From Patescibacteria group bacterium (lineage in GTDB: Bacteria > Patescibacteriota > Microgenomatia > Levybacterales > UBA12049): DNA of 64,000 nt. Each line of letters starts with the position of its first letter. Position 1 is the stretch's first letter. Positions 38,109 through 49,737 of this stretch are shown one piece after another. The translations under genes and the position numbers were made by a program. The stretch lies in contig JBBTXS010000012.1 in assembly GCA_038062115.1 (NCBI GenBank), positions 23,141-87,140 of the forward strand, written 5' to 3'. Below the pieces are notes generated by a model. The model was not told where the DNA came from. It saw only the letters and a program-made list of their open reading frames with translations, and ran no database searches.

Positions 38109-38778
38109 GCAAAACTTTACTAAAATGTTCAATGGATTCAGAAATTTTCTCTCGCCTTATTTCCTCATGGATTTTGGTAAGTTCGCGAGCTAAAACAATG
38201 TCAATGTTTCCAAAGGCTTCTTGTAACTCCTGTAAGGTCTTAAGCAGTTTGTGTGGAGCTTCAAATAGAATATAGGTTACTTTAATACTGCGCTGTATTA
38301 TAGTAAGTGACCGAAAAAGTTTTTTACGGCGACCTTCTTTGTTTAGCGGATATCCTAAGAATAAAAACTTGTCTGTTGGCAAACCAGAAACTACAAGTGC
38401 TGATATCAAAGAAGAAGGTCCTGGTATTGATTCTACTCTTATTCCATTCTTAATACACTCTCTAACTAGCTTAAATCCAGGATCAGAAATTGTTGGTGTA
38501 CCAGCATCAGAAACTAGAGCCACATCGAGTCCATTGCTTAGGGCATTTAGAACCTGAGGAATTCTTTTAAATTCATTCTGTTCGTAATATGAAAGAAGTG
38601 TTGGCTCAACTACATTTTGGGTACTTAGCTTATTTTCTCTAATGTATTTAAGAAGAAGTCCAGTATGCCTAGTGTCTTCGCACGCAATAATTTTTACTCT
38701 AGTTAATATATCTATTGCTCGTAAACTTAGATCTTGCAAGTTGCCAATTGGTGTTGCTACAATGTACAAAGTACCCAT
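38068..38778 (-). CDS. rsmI: 16S rRNA C1402 2'-O-methyltransferase
   Basis: LYIVATPIGNL, CEDTR, VSDAGTP.ISDPG, RELTKIHEE. Confidence 0.95.
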   Translation of the reverse strand: MGTLYIVATPIGNLQDLSLRAIDILTRVKIIACEDTRHTGLLLKYIRENKLSTQNVVEPTLLSYYEQNEFKRIPQVLNALSNGLDVALVSDAGTPTISDPGFKLVRECIKNGIRVESIPGPSSLISALVVSGLPTDKFLFLGYPLNKEGRRKKLFRSLTIIQRSIKVTYILFEAPHKLLKTLQELQEAFGNIDIVLARELTKIHEEIRREKISESIEHFSKVLPKGEFVVLFHLES

Positions 38779-38782
38779 GTAA

Positions 38783-39409
38783 TTATTTTTTAAAAAGCTT
38801 TAGGGATAAAGATAAAAGTTGTTTTCTGTTATTCTTTTCTTTTAACAGATGAATAGCTTGCGGCAGGAGTGACATAACAATAATTAATACAATTATTGGC
38901 AAAAGGTAACGATCTATATCTGGAATAATACTGCCTAAAAAATATCCTATAATAGGCAGTAAAACCGCCCACAAAAATCCTCCAATAACATTATACGTTA
39001 GAAATGTTTTGTAGTGCATATTGCCGATTCCAGCGACAATTGGCGCGAACGTTCGCACAATTGGCAGAAAACGAGCTAAAACAATAGTTTTTTTTCCATG
39101 CTTCTCGTAAAATCTTTGGGCTTTTATGAGATGGTCTGGATGAAACAAGAAAGACTCCTTCTTTCTAAATAATCTTCTTCCTAGTTTTCTCCCAATAGCA
39201 TATCCAGCACTATCTCCTAAGACCGCAGCAAAAAAACAAACAAGAACTAATGATTTAATTTCGAATGCTCCTTGTGAAGCAAGAACCCCGGCGGTAAAAA
39301 GAAGACTGTCTCCTGGAAGAAAAAAACCAAATAAAAGTCCAGACTCGGCAAAAATTATGGCAAATATTCCTAAAAGTCCAAGTGTAGGAAGGATGGTTTC
39401 TAAATGCAT
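38783..39409 (-). CDS. DedA family membrane protein
   Basis: FAESGL..GFFLPGDSLLF, ARFLPIVRTFAP. Confidence 0.92.
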   Translation of the reverse strand: MHLETILPTLGLLGIFAIIFAESGLLFGFFLPGDSLLFTAGVLASQGAFEIKSLVLVCFFAAVLGDSAGYAIGRKLGRRLFRKKESFLFHPDHLIKAQRFYEKHGKKTIVLARFLPIVRTFAPIVAGIGNMHYKTFLTYNVIGGFLWAVLLPIIGYFLGSIIPDIDRYLLPIIVLIIVMSLLPQAIHLLKEKNNRKQLLSLSLKLFKK

Positions 39410-39483
39410 AGAATTATATTATACATATTTTACAAATAGTTTTCATTGGAGCTTTAGCAAGACGAAGAATGTTATGGTAGAGG

Positions 39484-40110
39484 TTAAAAACGTCGTACCA
39501 ACCCTACAGCTTTTCCCTGCACTATCAAGGAGTTTGGATAAATAGGTTCCATTTCTGCATTGGCTGGTTTAAGAACGACTTTGCCGTTTTCTTTAAAAAA
39601 ACGTTTAAGTGTAGCTAGGTTATTATCTACAAGAGCAACAACAATGTCTCCATTTACTGCTTCTTCTGTTCTTTCAATAATCATATAATCGCCATCCAAA
39701 ATTCCATCTTCAATCATAGAATGTCCTTTTACCTGCAATACATAAGCAGTCTTTTTGCCAGAAAGCATACTAGCAGAAACTAAAAATGTTGCATTTGGAT
39801 CACTGTGTGGTTCTAATGGTTTTCCAGCGGCAATGTAGCCCATTAAAGGAAGAGTTATAGACGGTTGACTGCCCATTAATGCGTATGTAACTTTCTCGTC
39901 TATAATCTTTAATACTCTTTTATTGCCTTCTACTTTTTGAATATATCCTTTATCCACCAAACCGCCAATTAACGAATGGACTGTAGAATTGCTTTTGTGC
40001 CCGGTAGCAACTGCTATCTCTGTAAGAGTTGGAGAATATCCGTACTGTCTTTGGAATTGAGCTAAGTAGTCTAATACTTCTCTTTCTTTTTTGTATAAAA
40101 CTCCCGCCAT
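39484..40110 (-). CDS. lexA: SOS repressor LexA
   Basis: GYSPTLTEIA HTH, IAAG cleavage site, GHSM, ATLKR. Confidence 0.95.
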   Translation of the reverse strand: MAGVLYKKEREVLDYLAQFQRQYGYSPTLTEIAVATGHKSNSTVHSLIGGLVDKGYIQKVEGNKRVLKIIDEKVTYALMGSQPSITLPLMGYIAAGKPLEPHSDPNATFLVSASMLSGKKTAYVLQVKGHSMIEDGILDGDYMIIERTEEAVNGDIVVALVDNNLATLKRFFKENGKVVLKPANAEMEPIYPNSLIVQGKAVGLVRRF

Positions 40111-40119
40111 ATACAATAT

Positions 40120-40149
40120 TTTATACGAAATATTCGAGAATTTTGTCAA
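40120..40149 (-). promoter_or_regulatory. Candidate lexA promoter with palindrome CGAA-N3-TTCG in its spacer
   Basis: TTGACA-18-TATAAA upstream of the lexA ATG; palindrome at 40126-40136. Confidence 0.5.
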
Positions 40150-40210
40150 TAGGACAATCACGTACAAACTAGGTCAATTTTTGTAATCCTCATGTGTTAA
40201 AATAGTTTCT

Positions 40211-42196
40211 ATGAATTTTAAGCTTGTATCAAGTTTTAAACCAACCGGCGATCAGCCCCAAGCTATAGAAAAGTTGGTTAAAAATCTTAATAAAAATATA
40301 AGATACCAAGTGCTTTTAGGTGTTACAGGGAGCGGAAAGACTTTTACTATGGCAAACGTTATAAACATCGTCCAAAGACCAACGCTTGTAATTTCGCACA
40401 ATAAAACTTTGGCTGCCCAGCTATATCAAGAATTTAGGGACTTTTTTCCGCATAATGCAGTTTGCTACTTTGTTTCATACTACGATTATTATCAACCAGA
40501 AGCCTACATTCCCCAAAGCGATACTTATATAGAAAAGGAAGCAGAAATAAACGAAGAAATAGATAAATTGAGACTTTCGGCAACGGCAAACCTTTTAACT
40601 AGAAATGATGTTATAGTTGTTGCGTCAGTCTCGTGCATTTATAATTTGGGCTCCCCTATTGAATATGGAAAATTCATTTTGGAATTAAGAACTGGGGTTT
40701 CCATCAATCAAAAGTCAGTTTTGCTTCGATTAACAGATTTGCAATACGAAAGAAACGAGTATAATTTTAAGAGAGGAACTTTTAGAGTACGTGGCGAATC
40801 AATTGATTTATTTCCCAGCTATTCAGATAACGGAATTAGAATAGAAATATTTAACGGAAAAGTCAAACAACTTTTAGAGTTTAGTCCATTAACTGGAGAA
40901 ACAATATCCTCATTAAATGCCGTAGTAATATACCCTGCAAAACACTACATGACTGATCCAAAATCGTACAACAGCGTTTTTGAGCAGATTCGAAACGACC
41001 TGAAACTACAAGTTGAAAAATTTAAAAAACGAGGAAAATTTTTAGAAGCGCAAAGAATAGAAGACAGAACAAATTTCGATCTTGAGATGATTAGGGAAAC
41101 AGGTTATGTAAATGGAATCGAAAATTATTCTCGTTATTTTGACGGCAGAAATATAGGTGAGGCACCATATACACTTTTAGATTATTTCCGAGAATGCTCA
41201 AAAGATTTTTTGTGTATGATCGATGAATCGCACATGACAGTACCCCAACTAAGAGGCATGTACAATGGCGATCGCGCGCGAAAAGAAACATTAATTGAGT
41301 ATGGCTTTAGACTTCCATCTAGCTTAGACAACCGACCTCTTCGTTATATTGAGCTACTTGGAAGACTTAATCAAATAGTATTTGTTAGTGCAACACCTAG
41401 TGACTACGAAATTTCTTTATCTTTAGAAAAAAATGCGGTTGTTGAACAATTGGTTCGTCCAACCGGTCTTGTTGATCCAGAAGTTGTTGTGCGGCCAACT
41501 CAAGGCCAAATTCTAGACTTAATTTCCGAAATAGAAAAAAGAGTATCAAAAAAACAAAGAGTCTTAGTAACAACTCTTACAAAGCGTATGGCAGAAGAAT
41601 TATCATCGTATTTAGAAGAAAAAGGAATTAAAGTATCGTATCTTCATTCTGATATTCAAACTCTTAATCGTCAAGATGTGCTAGATAAACTAAGAAGTGG
41701 AGATTATGATGTTATTGTTGGAATTAACCTACTTCGCGAGGGTTTAGATTTACCCGAAGTTTCTCTTGTTGCAATTTTAGATGCCGACAAAGAAGGATTC
41801 TTGCGTAGCAAGACTTCTTTAGTACAAACAATGGGGAGAGCTGCTAGGCACATAGACTCAATGGTAATCATGTATGCAGATATTGTTACAAAATCAATGG
41901 AGTTTGCAATAAAAGAAGTAGAACGTCGCAGAAAAATTCAGATCAAATACAATAAAGAACACAACATAACGCCCCTTGGGATTAAAAAATCAATCCGCGC
42001 AAAATTGATTGAGCAGGATAATACAGAACGCGCAGATTTCCTGCAAGTTTTAGAAAGAAAAGAGATTTTATTGCCAGATGAAAAAGAAGTTCTTATTAAA
42101 AAATTGAGAAAAGAAATGATTTATGCAGCAAGGGATCTCGACTTTGAGAAAGCTGCAATTTTAAGGGATAGAATAAGGCTTCTTAAAAACCGCTGA
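40211..42196 (+). CDS. uvrB: Excinuclease UvrB
   Basis: GVTGSGKT, YYDYYQPEAY, DESH, GRAAR, C-terminal UVR domain. Confidence 0.98.
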   Translation: MNFKLVSSFKPTGDQPQAIEKLVKNLNKNIRYQVLLGVTGSGKTFTMANVINIVQRPTLVISHNKTLAAQLYQEFRDFFPHNAVCYFVSYYDYYQPEAYIPQSDTYIEKEAEINEEIDKLRLSATANLLTRNDVIVVASVSCIYNLGSPIEYGKFILELRTGVSINQKSVLLRLTDLQYERNEYNFKRGTFRVRGESIDLFPSYSDNGIRIEIFNGKVKQLLEFSPLTGETISSLNAVVIYPAKHYMTDPKSYNSVFEQIRNDLKLQVEKFKKRGKFLEAQRIEDRTNFDLEMIRETGYVNGIENYSRYFDGRNIGEAPYTLLDYFRECSKDFLCMIDESHMTVPQLRGMYNGDRARKETLIEYGFRLPSSLDNRPLRYIELLGRLNQIVFVSATPSDYEISLSLEKNAVVEQLVRPTGLVDPEVVVRPTQGQILDLISEIEKRVSKKQRVLVTTLTKRMAEELSSYLEEKGIKVSYLHSDIQTLNRQDVLDKLRSGDYDVIVGINLLREGLDLPEVSLVAILDADKEGFLRSKTSLVQTMGRAARHIDSMVIMYADIVTKSMEFAIKEVERRRKIQIKYNKEHNITPLGIKKSIRAKLIEQDNTERADFLQVLERKEILLPDEKEVLIKKLRKEMIYAARDLDFEKAAILRDRIRLLKNR

Positions 42197-42566
42197 TGTT
42201 TTTTATAAGTTCTATGTTCCCGACTTTGTTATTAATTCCCAAAGTGACGGCGACTGCATCAACTCTCATGCTATCTGGAAGATTTGGGTGAATCAATTTG
42301 TAAAATTGCGCTGCTTTTATAAGTGATTTTAGCTTCCATGGAGTGATTGCTTCAAGCGGACTGCCAAAGCTGTTAGATTTTCTTGTTTTCACTTCTATAA
42401 AAGCTAACACCTTTTCATGTTGGTTAGAAGAAGAGTCAATACCAATAATATCTATTTCTCCATAACCTTTTCTAAAATTTCGCTCGATTATTTTGAAGCC
42501 ATTTTTTTTAAGGAAGTTACACGCCTTATCTTCTCCCGCTTTCGCAGTTGGGTTTACTATTTTCAT
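42183..42566 (-). CDS. YraN family nuclease
   Basis: GE..A..FL, ERNF, GEIDII, FIEVKTR. Confidence 0.9.
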   Translation of the reverse strand: MKIVNPTAKAGEDKACNFLKKNGFKIIERNFRKGYGEIDIIGIDSSSNQHEKVLAFIEVKTRKSNSFGSPLEAITPWKLKSLIKAAQFYKLIHPNLPDSMRVDAVAVTLGINNKVGNIELIKNISGF

Positions 42567-42844
42567 TTAGTATTAAATAGATAGTAAAGCTTTGCTCTTT
42601 TTACTTTTTTCTTTGGATGTTCTTTAACTACGACTTTTTCAATATTCGGAGAAATAAATGGCCAAATTCTTTCAACCAAGACGTCTCTAACCAATTTTCT
42701 AACCCTAAAGCTCTTATTTTTCCCCCTACCCCTTATTCCCAAAACCGTTCCCTCAAAAACTTGAGTACGAGTCTTTTCTCCATCTTTGATCTTTTCAAAA
42801 ACCTTTACTATGTCTCCTGGGGCAAAATCAATCTGAGCTATCAT
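42563..42844 (-). CDS. rplS: 50S ribosomal protein L19
   Basis: PGD.VKV, RTQVFEG.V, VERIWP..SP, RAKLYYL. The longer ORF start lies inside a MITE. Confidence 0.93.
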   Translation of the reverse strand: MIAQIDFAPGDIVKVFEKIKDGEKTRTQVFEGTVLGIRGRGKNKSFRVRKLVRDVLVERIWPFISPNIEKVVVKEHPKKKVKRAKLYYLFNTK

Positions 42845-42854
42845 AAACAGTATT

Positions 42855-42966
42855 GTGGCTGGGTCATAAATACCCATTTGTCATTCCGAGCGAGTGTAGC
42901 GAGTCGAGGAATCTCGTTGAAGGAGATTTCTCGGCAAGCTCGAAATGACAATTGTGACCCAGTCAT
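42855..42966. mobile_element. 112-bp MITE, copy 1 (RTGRCTGGGWCAYAA TIRs, 10-bp target duplication)
   Basis: AAACAGTATT on both sides; near-identical to 52150-52261; palindrome cargo at 42879-42950. Confidence 0.9.
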
Positions 42967-42996
42967 AAACAGTATTATAGCAAATATTTACACCCA

Positions 42997-43060
42997 TATC
43001 ATGCTGAACTTGTTTCGGCATGAAGAGCAGGTTAGATCCTGAAATGAATTCAGGATGACA
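42997..43060. repeat. T(A/G)TCATGCTGAA...TTCAGGATGACA palindromic repeat supplying the pyrG stop
   Basis: Same subfamily as 61018-61088. Confidence 0.8.
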
Positions 43061-44717
43061 CATTTTTGCACGCTTCAATAAAACCCAAAAATATTGGATG
43101 GGGAAGAAGAGGCTTGCTTTTGTACTCTGGATGGCCTTGTGTGCCTAAATAAAATGGATGCGTGCTATTTGGTAGTTCGATTATTTCTACAAGATTTTCT
43201 ATGACAGATCTAGCGGATATTACAAGACCAGCTTTTTCTAAATCTTTTGTATACCTTTCGTTAAATTCGTATCTGTGTCTGTGTCGCTCGTTTGTTAAGC
43301 CTTGAGAAATATTTATAAAACCACCGTATATTTCGTAAAGGCTAAATGTTCTTGTTTTAGGTTTAACAATTGCTTCCCATCCGCCCAGTCGCATAGTTCC
43401 ACCGTATGCTCTCCTTTTCATGATATTTTCTTGTTTTGGCATAAGATGTATAACTGGATGGGATGTTTTGGGATTATTCTCTGTGGTATCAGCGTCTTTC
43501 CAACCCAATACGTCGCGAGCGAAAGCAACAACTGCAAGCTGCATTCCATAGCAAAGCCCAAGATAAGGAATTTTATTAATCCTAGCGTAGGATGCAGCTT
43601 TAATCATTCCTTCAGCGCCTCGTTCTCCCCAACCTATAGGAACGATAATACCATCTGGACGTCCAAGTATACTTTCCAATTCTTCTTTATGAGATTCAAC
43701 CTTTTCTGCGTCTATCCAACGTGTTCTGACACTAACGTTCAACTGCCAGCTTGCGTGATCAATAGCGTCAAATAAAGCAGCATAAGAATCTCGAAGCTGA
43801 TAATCTCCAGTGCCAAAATATTTACCTAGAATTGCAATCTCTATGTGTTTCTTGTTGGTTTTCTTAATGCTAGATAATAAATTCTCCCAATCTTTAAGAT
43901 GAGGTGCTTTTACTTTTAAATGAAGTTTTTGCAATATTTTTTTGTCTAAATTTTGTTTATGCAGAATAAGTGGAATTTCATAAATAGAAGAAAGGTCTGG
44001 ATTAGAAATTATGTCTTCTTTATGCATATTGCAAAAAAGAGCAAATCTATCTCTTCTTCTTTGATCTAAATATTTTTCCGATCGTGCAATAATAAAATCT
44101 GGCTGAATTCCCATGGAATTTAAAGTTCTAACAGAAAGCTGAGTTGGTTTTGTTTTTGGTTCTCCAATGTGGGGCGGAGTTGGAACATAGCTTACGTGAA
44201 TATGTAAAACATCCCCTGGATTTTTAAGCGTTAATATTCTCGATGCTTCGTAGTAAAAAATATTTTGATATTCTCCTGCTGTTCCGCCTAGCTCTATAAT
44301 TACAAAGTCAGCGTTTTTTTTATGACCCAAAGTCACAATACGACGAATAATCTCATCAGTTATATGAGGTATAGCCTCAACATCTTCTCCGTTGTATTCA
44401 AAGCGCCTTTCACGATCAATAACGGTTTTGTAAATCTGCCCCATGGTAACAAAATTATCCCTCCCCATGGGCTCGCCCAAAAACTTTTCGTAACTTCCTA
44501 TATCCATATCAGACTCTGTTCCGTCTTCGCATAGGAAAGGATCACCATGCTCAATGGGATTAATAGTTCCAGCGTCCATATTAAGATAGTTTTCAAATTT
44601 AATTGGAGCGACTTTAAACCCTCTAGATTTAAGAAGAAGGGCAATTGAGGCAACTGTAGTACCTTTTCCTATTCCCGAAATAACACCACCTGAGACAAAG
44701 ATATATTTAGTGCGCAC
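43050..44717 (-). CDS. pyrG: CTP synthase
   Basis: GGVISGIGKG, KTKPTQ.SV, GLCYGMQ, RHRHRYE, HPE. Confidence 0.97.
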   Translation of the reverse strand: MRTKYIFVSGGVISGIGKGTTVASIALLLKSRGFKVAPIKFENYLNMDAGTINPIEHGDPFLCEDGTESDMDIGSYEKFLGEPMGRDNFVTMGQIYKTVIDRERRFEYNGEDVEAIPHITDEIIRRIVTLGHKKNADFVIIELGGTAGEYQNIFYYEASRILTLKNPGDVLHIHVSYVPTPPHIGEPKTKPTQLSVRTLNSMGIQPDFIIARSEKYLDQRRRDRFALFCNMHKEDIISNPDLSSIYEIPLILHKQNLDKKILQKLHLKVKAPHLKDWENLLSSIKKTNKKHIEIAILGKYFGTGDYQLRDSYAALFDAIDHASWQLNVSVRTRWIDAEKVESHKEELESILGRPDGIIVPIGWGERGAEGMIKAASYARINKIPYLGLCYGMQLAVVAFARDVLGWKDADTTENNPKTSHPVIHLMPKQENIMKRRAYGGTMRLGGWEAIVKPKTRTFSLYEIYGGFINISQGLTNERHRHRYEFNERYTKDLEKAGLVISARSVIENLVEIIELPNSTHPFYLGTQGHPEYKSKPLLPHPIFLGFIEACKNVSS

Positions 44718-44777
44718 GATTTATATTAGCAAAACAAATAGTTGCCGTCAACTACTAAAACTTGTAGAATTACCTAA

Positions 44778-45062
44778 ATGCACAAGGCCATTCTACTACT
44801 TAGAAAAATTCCAAAAGGGAAAGTGTCAACGTATAAAGAGATGGCGAGAGTTTGCAAAACATCGCCCCGAGCTATTGGACAAATAATGTCAAAAAATCCC
44901 TATCCTATTAATTATCCATGCTACAAAGTAGTTGCAGCAAATGGAGAACTTCGCGGTTATAGTGGACGTGGCGGATTGGAGGCAAAGAAAAAACTTTTGG
45001 AAAAAGATGGAATAGAAGTTATAAACGGCAAAGTAGACAAAAAATATTTTTATAAATTTTGA
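44778..45062 (+). CDS. MGMT family alkylated-DNA repair protein
   Basis: IPKGKVSTY, PRAIG, PCYKVV, LLEKDG. Confidence 0.85.
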   Translation: MHKAILLLRKIPKGKVSTYKEMARVCKTSPRAIGQIMSKNPYPINYPCYKVVAANGELRGYSGRGGLEAKKKLLEKDGIEVINGKVDKKYFYKF

Positions 45063-45178
45063 ACAAAACTAAGATTTGGGGACGGTCATGAGAAAGATTG
45101 TTGTAGCACGCTGAAAATAAAACACTTTGATTTATCGCCCCTCCAGAGGCGGGCAGGCATCAACAGGATTATTTTTTG

Positions 45179-45250
45179 AGCCGTCAGTCGGACTTGAACC
45201 GACAACCTGTGGTTTACGATACCACTGCTCTACCATTGAGCTAAGACGGC
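45179..45250 (-). tRNA. tRNA-Thr(CGT)
   Basis: GCCGTC/GACGGC acceptor, GTGGT-AT-CGT-AA-ACCAC, GGTTCAAGTCC. Confidence 0.9.
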
Positions 45251-45277
45251 ATAATGTGTGGGATTATTCTATGAAAT

Positions 45278-45940
45278 TCAGGAAGAAAGCGCAAGGGATG
45301 CCCATGATGAAGGGTCTTTAAACCATAAATCAACACTTTTCTTTTGTTTATCGTTTAATACTTTATTTTTGTAGGATTGCTCTACAATTGTTTTTCCATC
45401 AGTTAAAGCAAAAAGAGTTATTTTATTGTTTTTTAAAAGATCATCTGACTCTTTTGTATCATAGGTTGTTGTTGCAACTGCATAAGAAACTTTTCCTCCT
45501 AATTCTCTAACAGTTTCTGCATTATTAACAATACTTGTTGCAGTTGAGACATGGTCTTCAATAATAACAAGTTTTGCACTTTTTTTTAAGTATCCTTCCA
45601 ACTTGTTTCCTTTTCCGTATGATTTTGTTGAGGGTCTGATATATACCATTGGCAAATCTAAAATTCCTGCAACCCATGAAGCTTGGGGGATTGCTGCGCT
45701 TGCGGTTCCTGAGATGTAGTCAATATTTGAAAGTCCGATTTTTTCCTTAATTATTTGAACATAGAACTCGACAATCTTACGGCGTACTGCTGGGTATGAC
45801 ATAACAATACGATTGTCCAAATATATTGGGCTTTTCATGCCTGTTGTGTAGGTAAAAGGAGGGTTAAATCGAAAAGAAACTGCATCTATTTTTAACAAAA
45901 GCTGTGCAGTCTTTTTGGCAATGTTTTTATTTACAATCAT
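45278..45940 (-). CDS. pyrE: Orotate phosphoribosyltransferase
   Basis: KSPIYLDNR, KSYG, IIEDHVSTATS PRPP loop. Confidence 0.9.
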   Translation of the reverse strand: MIVNKNIAKKTAQLLLKIDAVSFRFNPPFTYTTGMKSPIYLDNRIVMSYPAVRRKIVEFYVQIIKEKIGLSNIDYISGTASAAIPQASWVAGILDLPMVYIRPSTKSYGKGNKLEGYLKKSAKLVIIEDHVSTATSIVNNAETVRELGGKVSYAVATTTYDTKESDDLLKNNKITLFALTDGKTIVEQSYKNKVLNDKQKKSVDLWFKDPSSWASLALSS

Positions 45941-45947
45941 GATTTGA

Positions 45948-46820
45948 TCAAGTTCGAAATTTATTAATAAGAACTTTTAATTTTACAGCTTCCTCTCGTG
46001 CTTTTTGAGCAAAATCTTCTTTTTTTGATGCATATATTATCTCACGACTCGTGTGAATTATCAGTCCAGACCTTTCTTTTGTCAGACCATTTTTTAGTGT
46101 TTTTTCAACATCCCCTCCTTGTGCGCCAATACCAGGAACTAAGAAGAAAATGTCAGGCGCGATATCTCGAATTTTTTTCAATTCTTCTTGCCATGTTGCG
46201 CCAACAACCAGAAGACAGTTTTGGTATTTTTTATTCCATTCAACAATTTTTTTTGCAACTTTTATATAAAGCGGTTCTAAAAAAAAATCCCTAGGTGTTC
46301 TATCTGATTCACCACCGAGGTGAGATCCTATTTGTATCTCGGTATCTTGTAGGTCTTTTGCACCAGAATTAGATGTTCTACAAAGAATGATAATTCCTTT
46401 ATTTTTCCATTTAAGGAACGGTTCAACCGAGTCATATCCCATGTATGGATTAACTGTTACTGCATCTGCATCCCAGTACTCAAACACAGCTTTTGCGTAC
46501 ATTTTGGAAGTGTTCGCAATATCAGCGCGTTTGGCATCTAAAATAACTGGAATTTCTGGGTGCTCTATTTTTAAATACGCAATTGTTTTTTTAAGAGATA
46601 GAAGTGTTTTTTCGCCATATGCTTCATAGAAAGCGGAGTTAAGTTTATAAGAGCAGATGAGATCGAATGTGTTGTCGATAATCAGCTTGTTGAAAGTAAA
46701 TACAGGATCATTTTCTTTTAGTAAGTGCTTGGGAATTTTCTCTAAATCTGTATCAAGACCAATGCAAAGAAGAGAATTATTTTTTTTTACAATTTTTTCT
46801 AGCTTTTGTTTAAAATTCAT
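45948..46820 (-). CDS. pyrF: Orotidine-5'-phosphate decarboxylase
   Basis: LCIGLD, LDAKRADIANT, TVNPYMG, RTSN, LVPGIGAQGG. Confidence 0.95.
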   Translation of the reverse strand: MNFKQKLEKIVKKNNSLLCIGLDTDLEKIPKHLLKENDPVFTFNKLIIDNTFDLICSYKLNSAFYEAYGEKTLLSLKKTIAYLKIEHPEIPVILDAKRADIANTSKMYAKAVFEYWDADAVTVNPYMGYDSVEPFLKWKNKGIIILCRTSNSGAKDLQDTEIQIGSHLGGESDRTPRDFFLEPLYIKVAKKIVEWNKKYQNCLLVVGATWQEELKKIRDIAPDIFFLVPGIGAQGGDVEKTLKNGLTKERSGLIIHTSREIIYASKKEDFAQKAREEAVKLKVLINKFRT

Positions 46821-46822
46821 AT

Positions 46823-47893
46823 TTAGTTTTCTCTTTTCCAAATTTCATATGCAAGATAGGGATTCCACATTGCGCCAGTTGCAGATTGAACAATATCTGC
46901 CCCCGACTTTTTATACTCAAAATAATCATCTGGGGTTAATACTCCGCCAATTCCTATTATTTGGAATTTATAATTTTTATTTTGTCTAATTTTATTTAAC
47001 ATTTTGACCATTTTAAGCCCAGCCCATCGTATTGCGTATCCACATACACCGCTTTTCAGTCTGTTTGCACCCGGGAGCGCCTGATTTCCATTTTTACCTA
47101 CTATTTCTGCCTGAATTGTGTTTATTGCCGCAATTGCATTAGCATATTCATTGGCAATTTCTGCAAGTTTTTCAAGGTCTTTGTAGGTCTTATAATATCC
47201 AATTTTAAGAATAAGAGGAGTATTGCCAATTGCTTTTCTTACCATTTGACATACTTTTTTGGTTACGTCTTGGTTATAGCAGACTAACCCTTCATTTCCA
47301 ATATTAGGACAAGATAGGTTTGCTTCTAATACTTTTGCTTGAGTCTGTTTGGCAAGCTTGCCTGCTTTTGCAAAATCATCAATAAATTCTTGTTGAGTTT
47401 GGTTCTTTTTAACAGTGCCCATAAAGCTTAGTATCATAAGACTTCCCTTTTTTTGACAAGCTAAGGCTCTTTTTACGTCTTTTTGCCAGAATCTCGAATC
47501 TTTCGATGGAACTCCAAATGAATTAGTTATCGTTAAATTTTTTGAAACTTTTGCACCACTTCTAACTTTTAGACGAGATATTTTTGAAGGGTCAAATTTG
47601 TTAGGAGAATCCAAAAATACAATATTGGGATATGGATGACAGGGAAAAGAGTCTGTCCTAACAGTTTTATATGTGGATACTGCGAATCCAAAATCAAATG
47701 CTTCTTTTATAAATTTAGAATTCAATAAGGGGCCTGCCGGAATACCAAATGGGATATTTATTGGAAATCCTAAAAACTTATAGGAATGATTACTTTTTTT
47801 AAAAATGGGTTTTTTAAGATTCCTACTCCCAAGTGGGCCTTTTTTAAAATTCTCATCGTATGATTCATAAATGTTGTAGAGCAATGCATTCAT
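46823..47893 (-). CDS. pyrD: Dihydroorotate dehydrogenase-like flavoprotein
   Basis: YKTVR, NSFG, EANLSCPN, AINT, SGVCG, GIGGV; upstream of pyrF-pyrE. Confidence 0.72.
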   Translation of the reverse strand: MNALLYNIYESYDENFKKGPLGSRNLKKPIFKKSNHSYKFLGFPINIPFGIPAGPLLNSKFIKEAFDFGFAVSTYKTVRTDSFPCHPYPNIVFLDSPNKFDPSKISRLKVRSGAKVSKNLTITNSFGVPSKDSRFWQKDVKRALACQKKGSLMILSFMGTVKKNQTQQEFIDDFAKAGKLAKQTQAKVLEANLSCPNIGNEGLVCYNQDVTKKVCQMVRKAIGNTPLILKIGYYKTYKDLEKLAEIANEYANAIAAINTIQAEIVGKNGNQALPGANRLKSGVCGYAIRWAGLKMVKMLNKIRQNKNYKFQIIGIGGVLTPDDYFEYKKSGADIVQSATGAMWNPYLAYEIWKREN

Positions 47894-47903
47894 AGAGGAT
47901 TTA

Positions 47904-49737
<1,834 letters not shown>

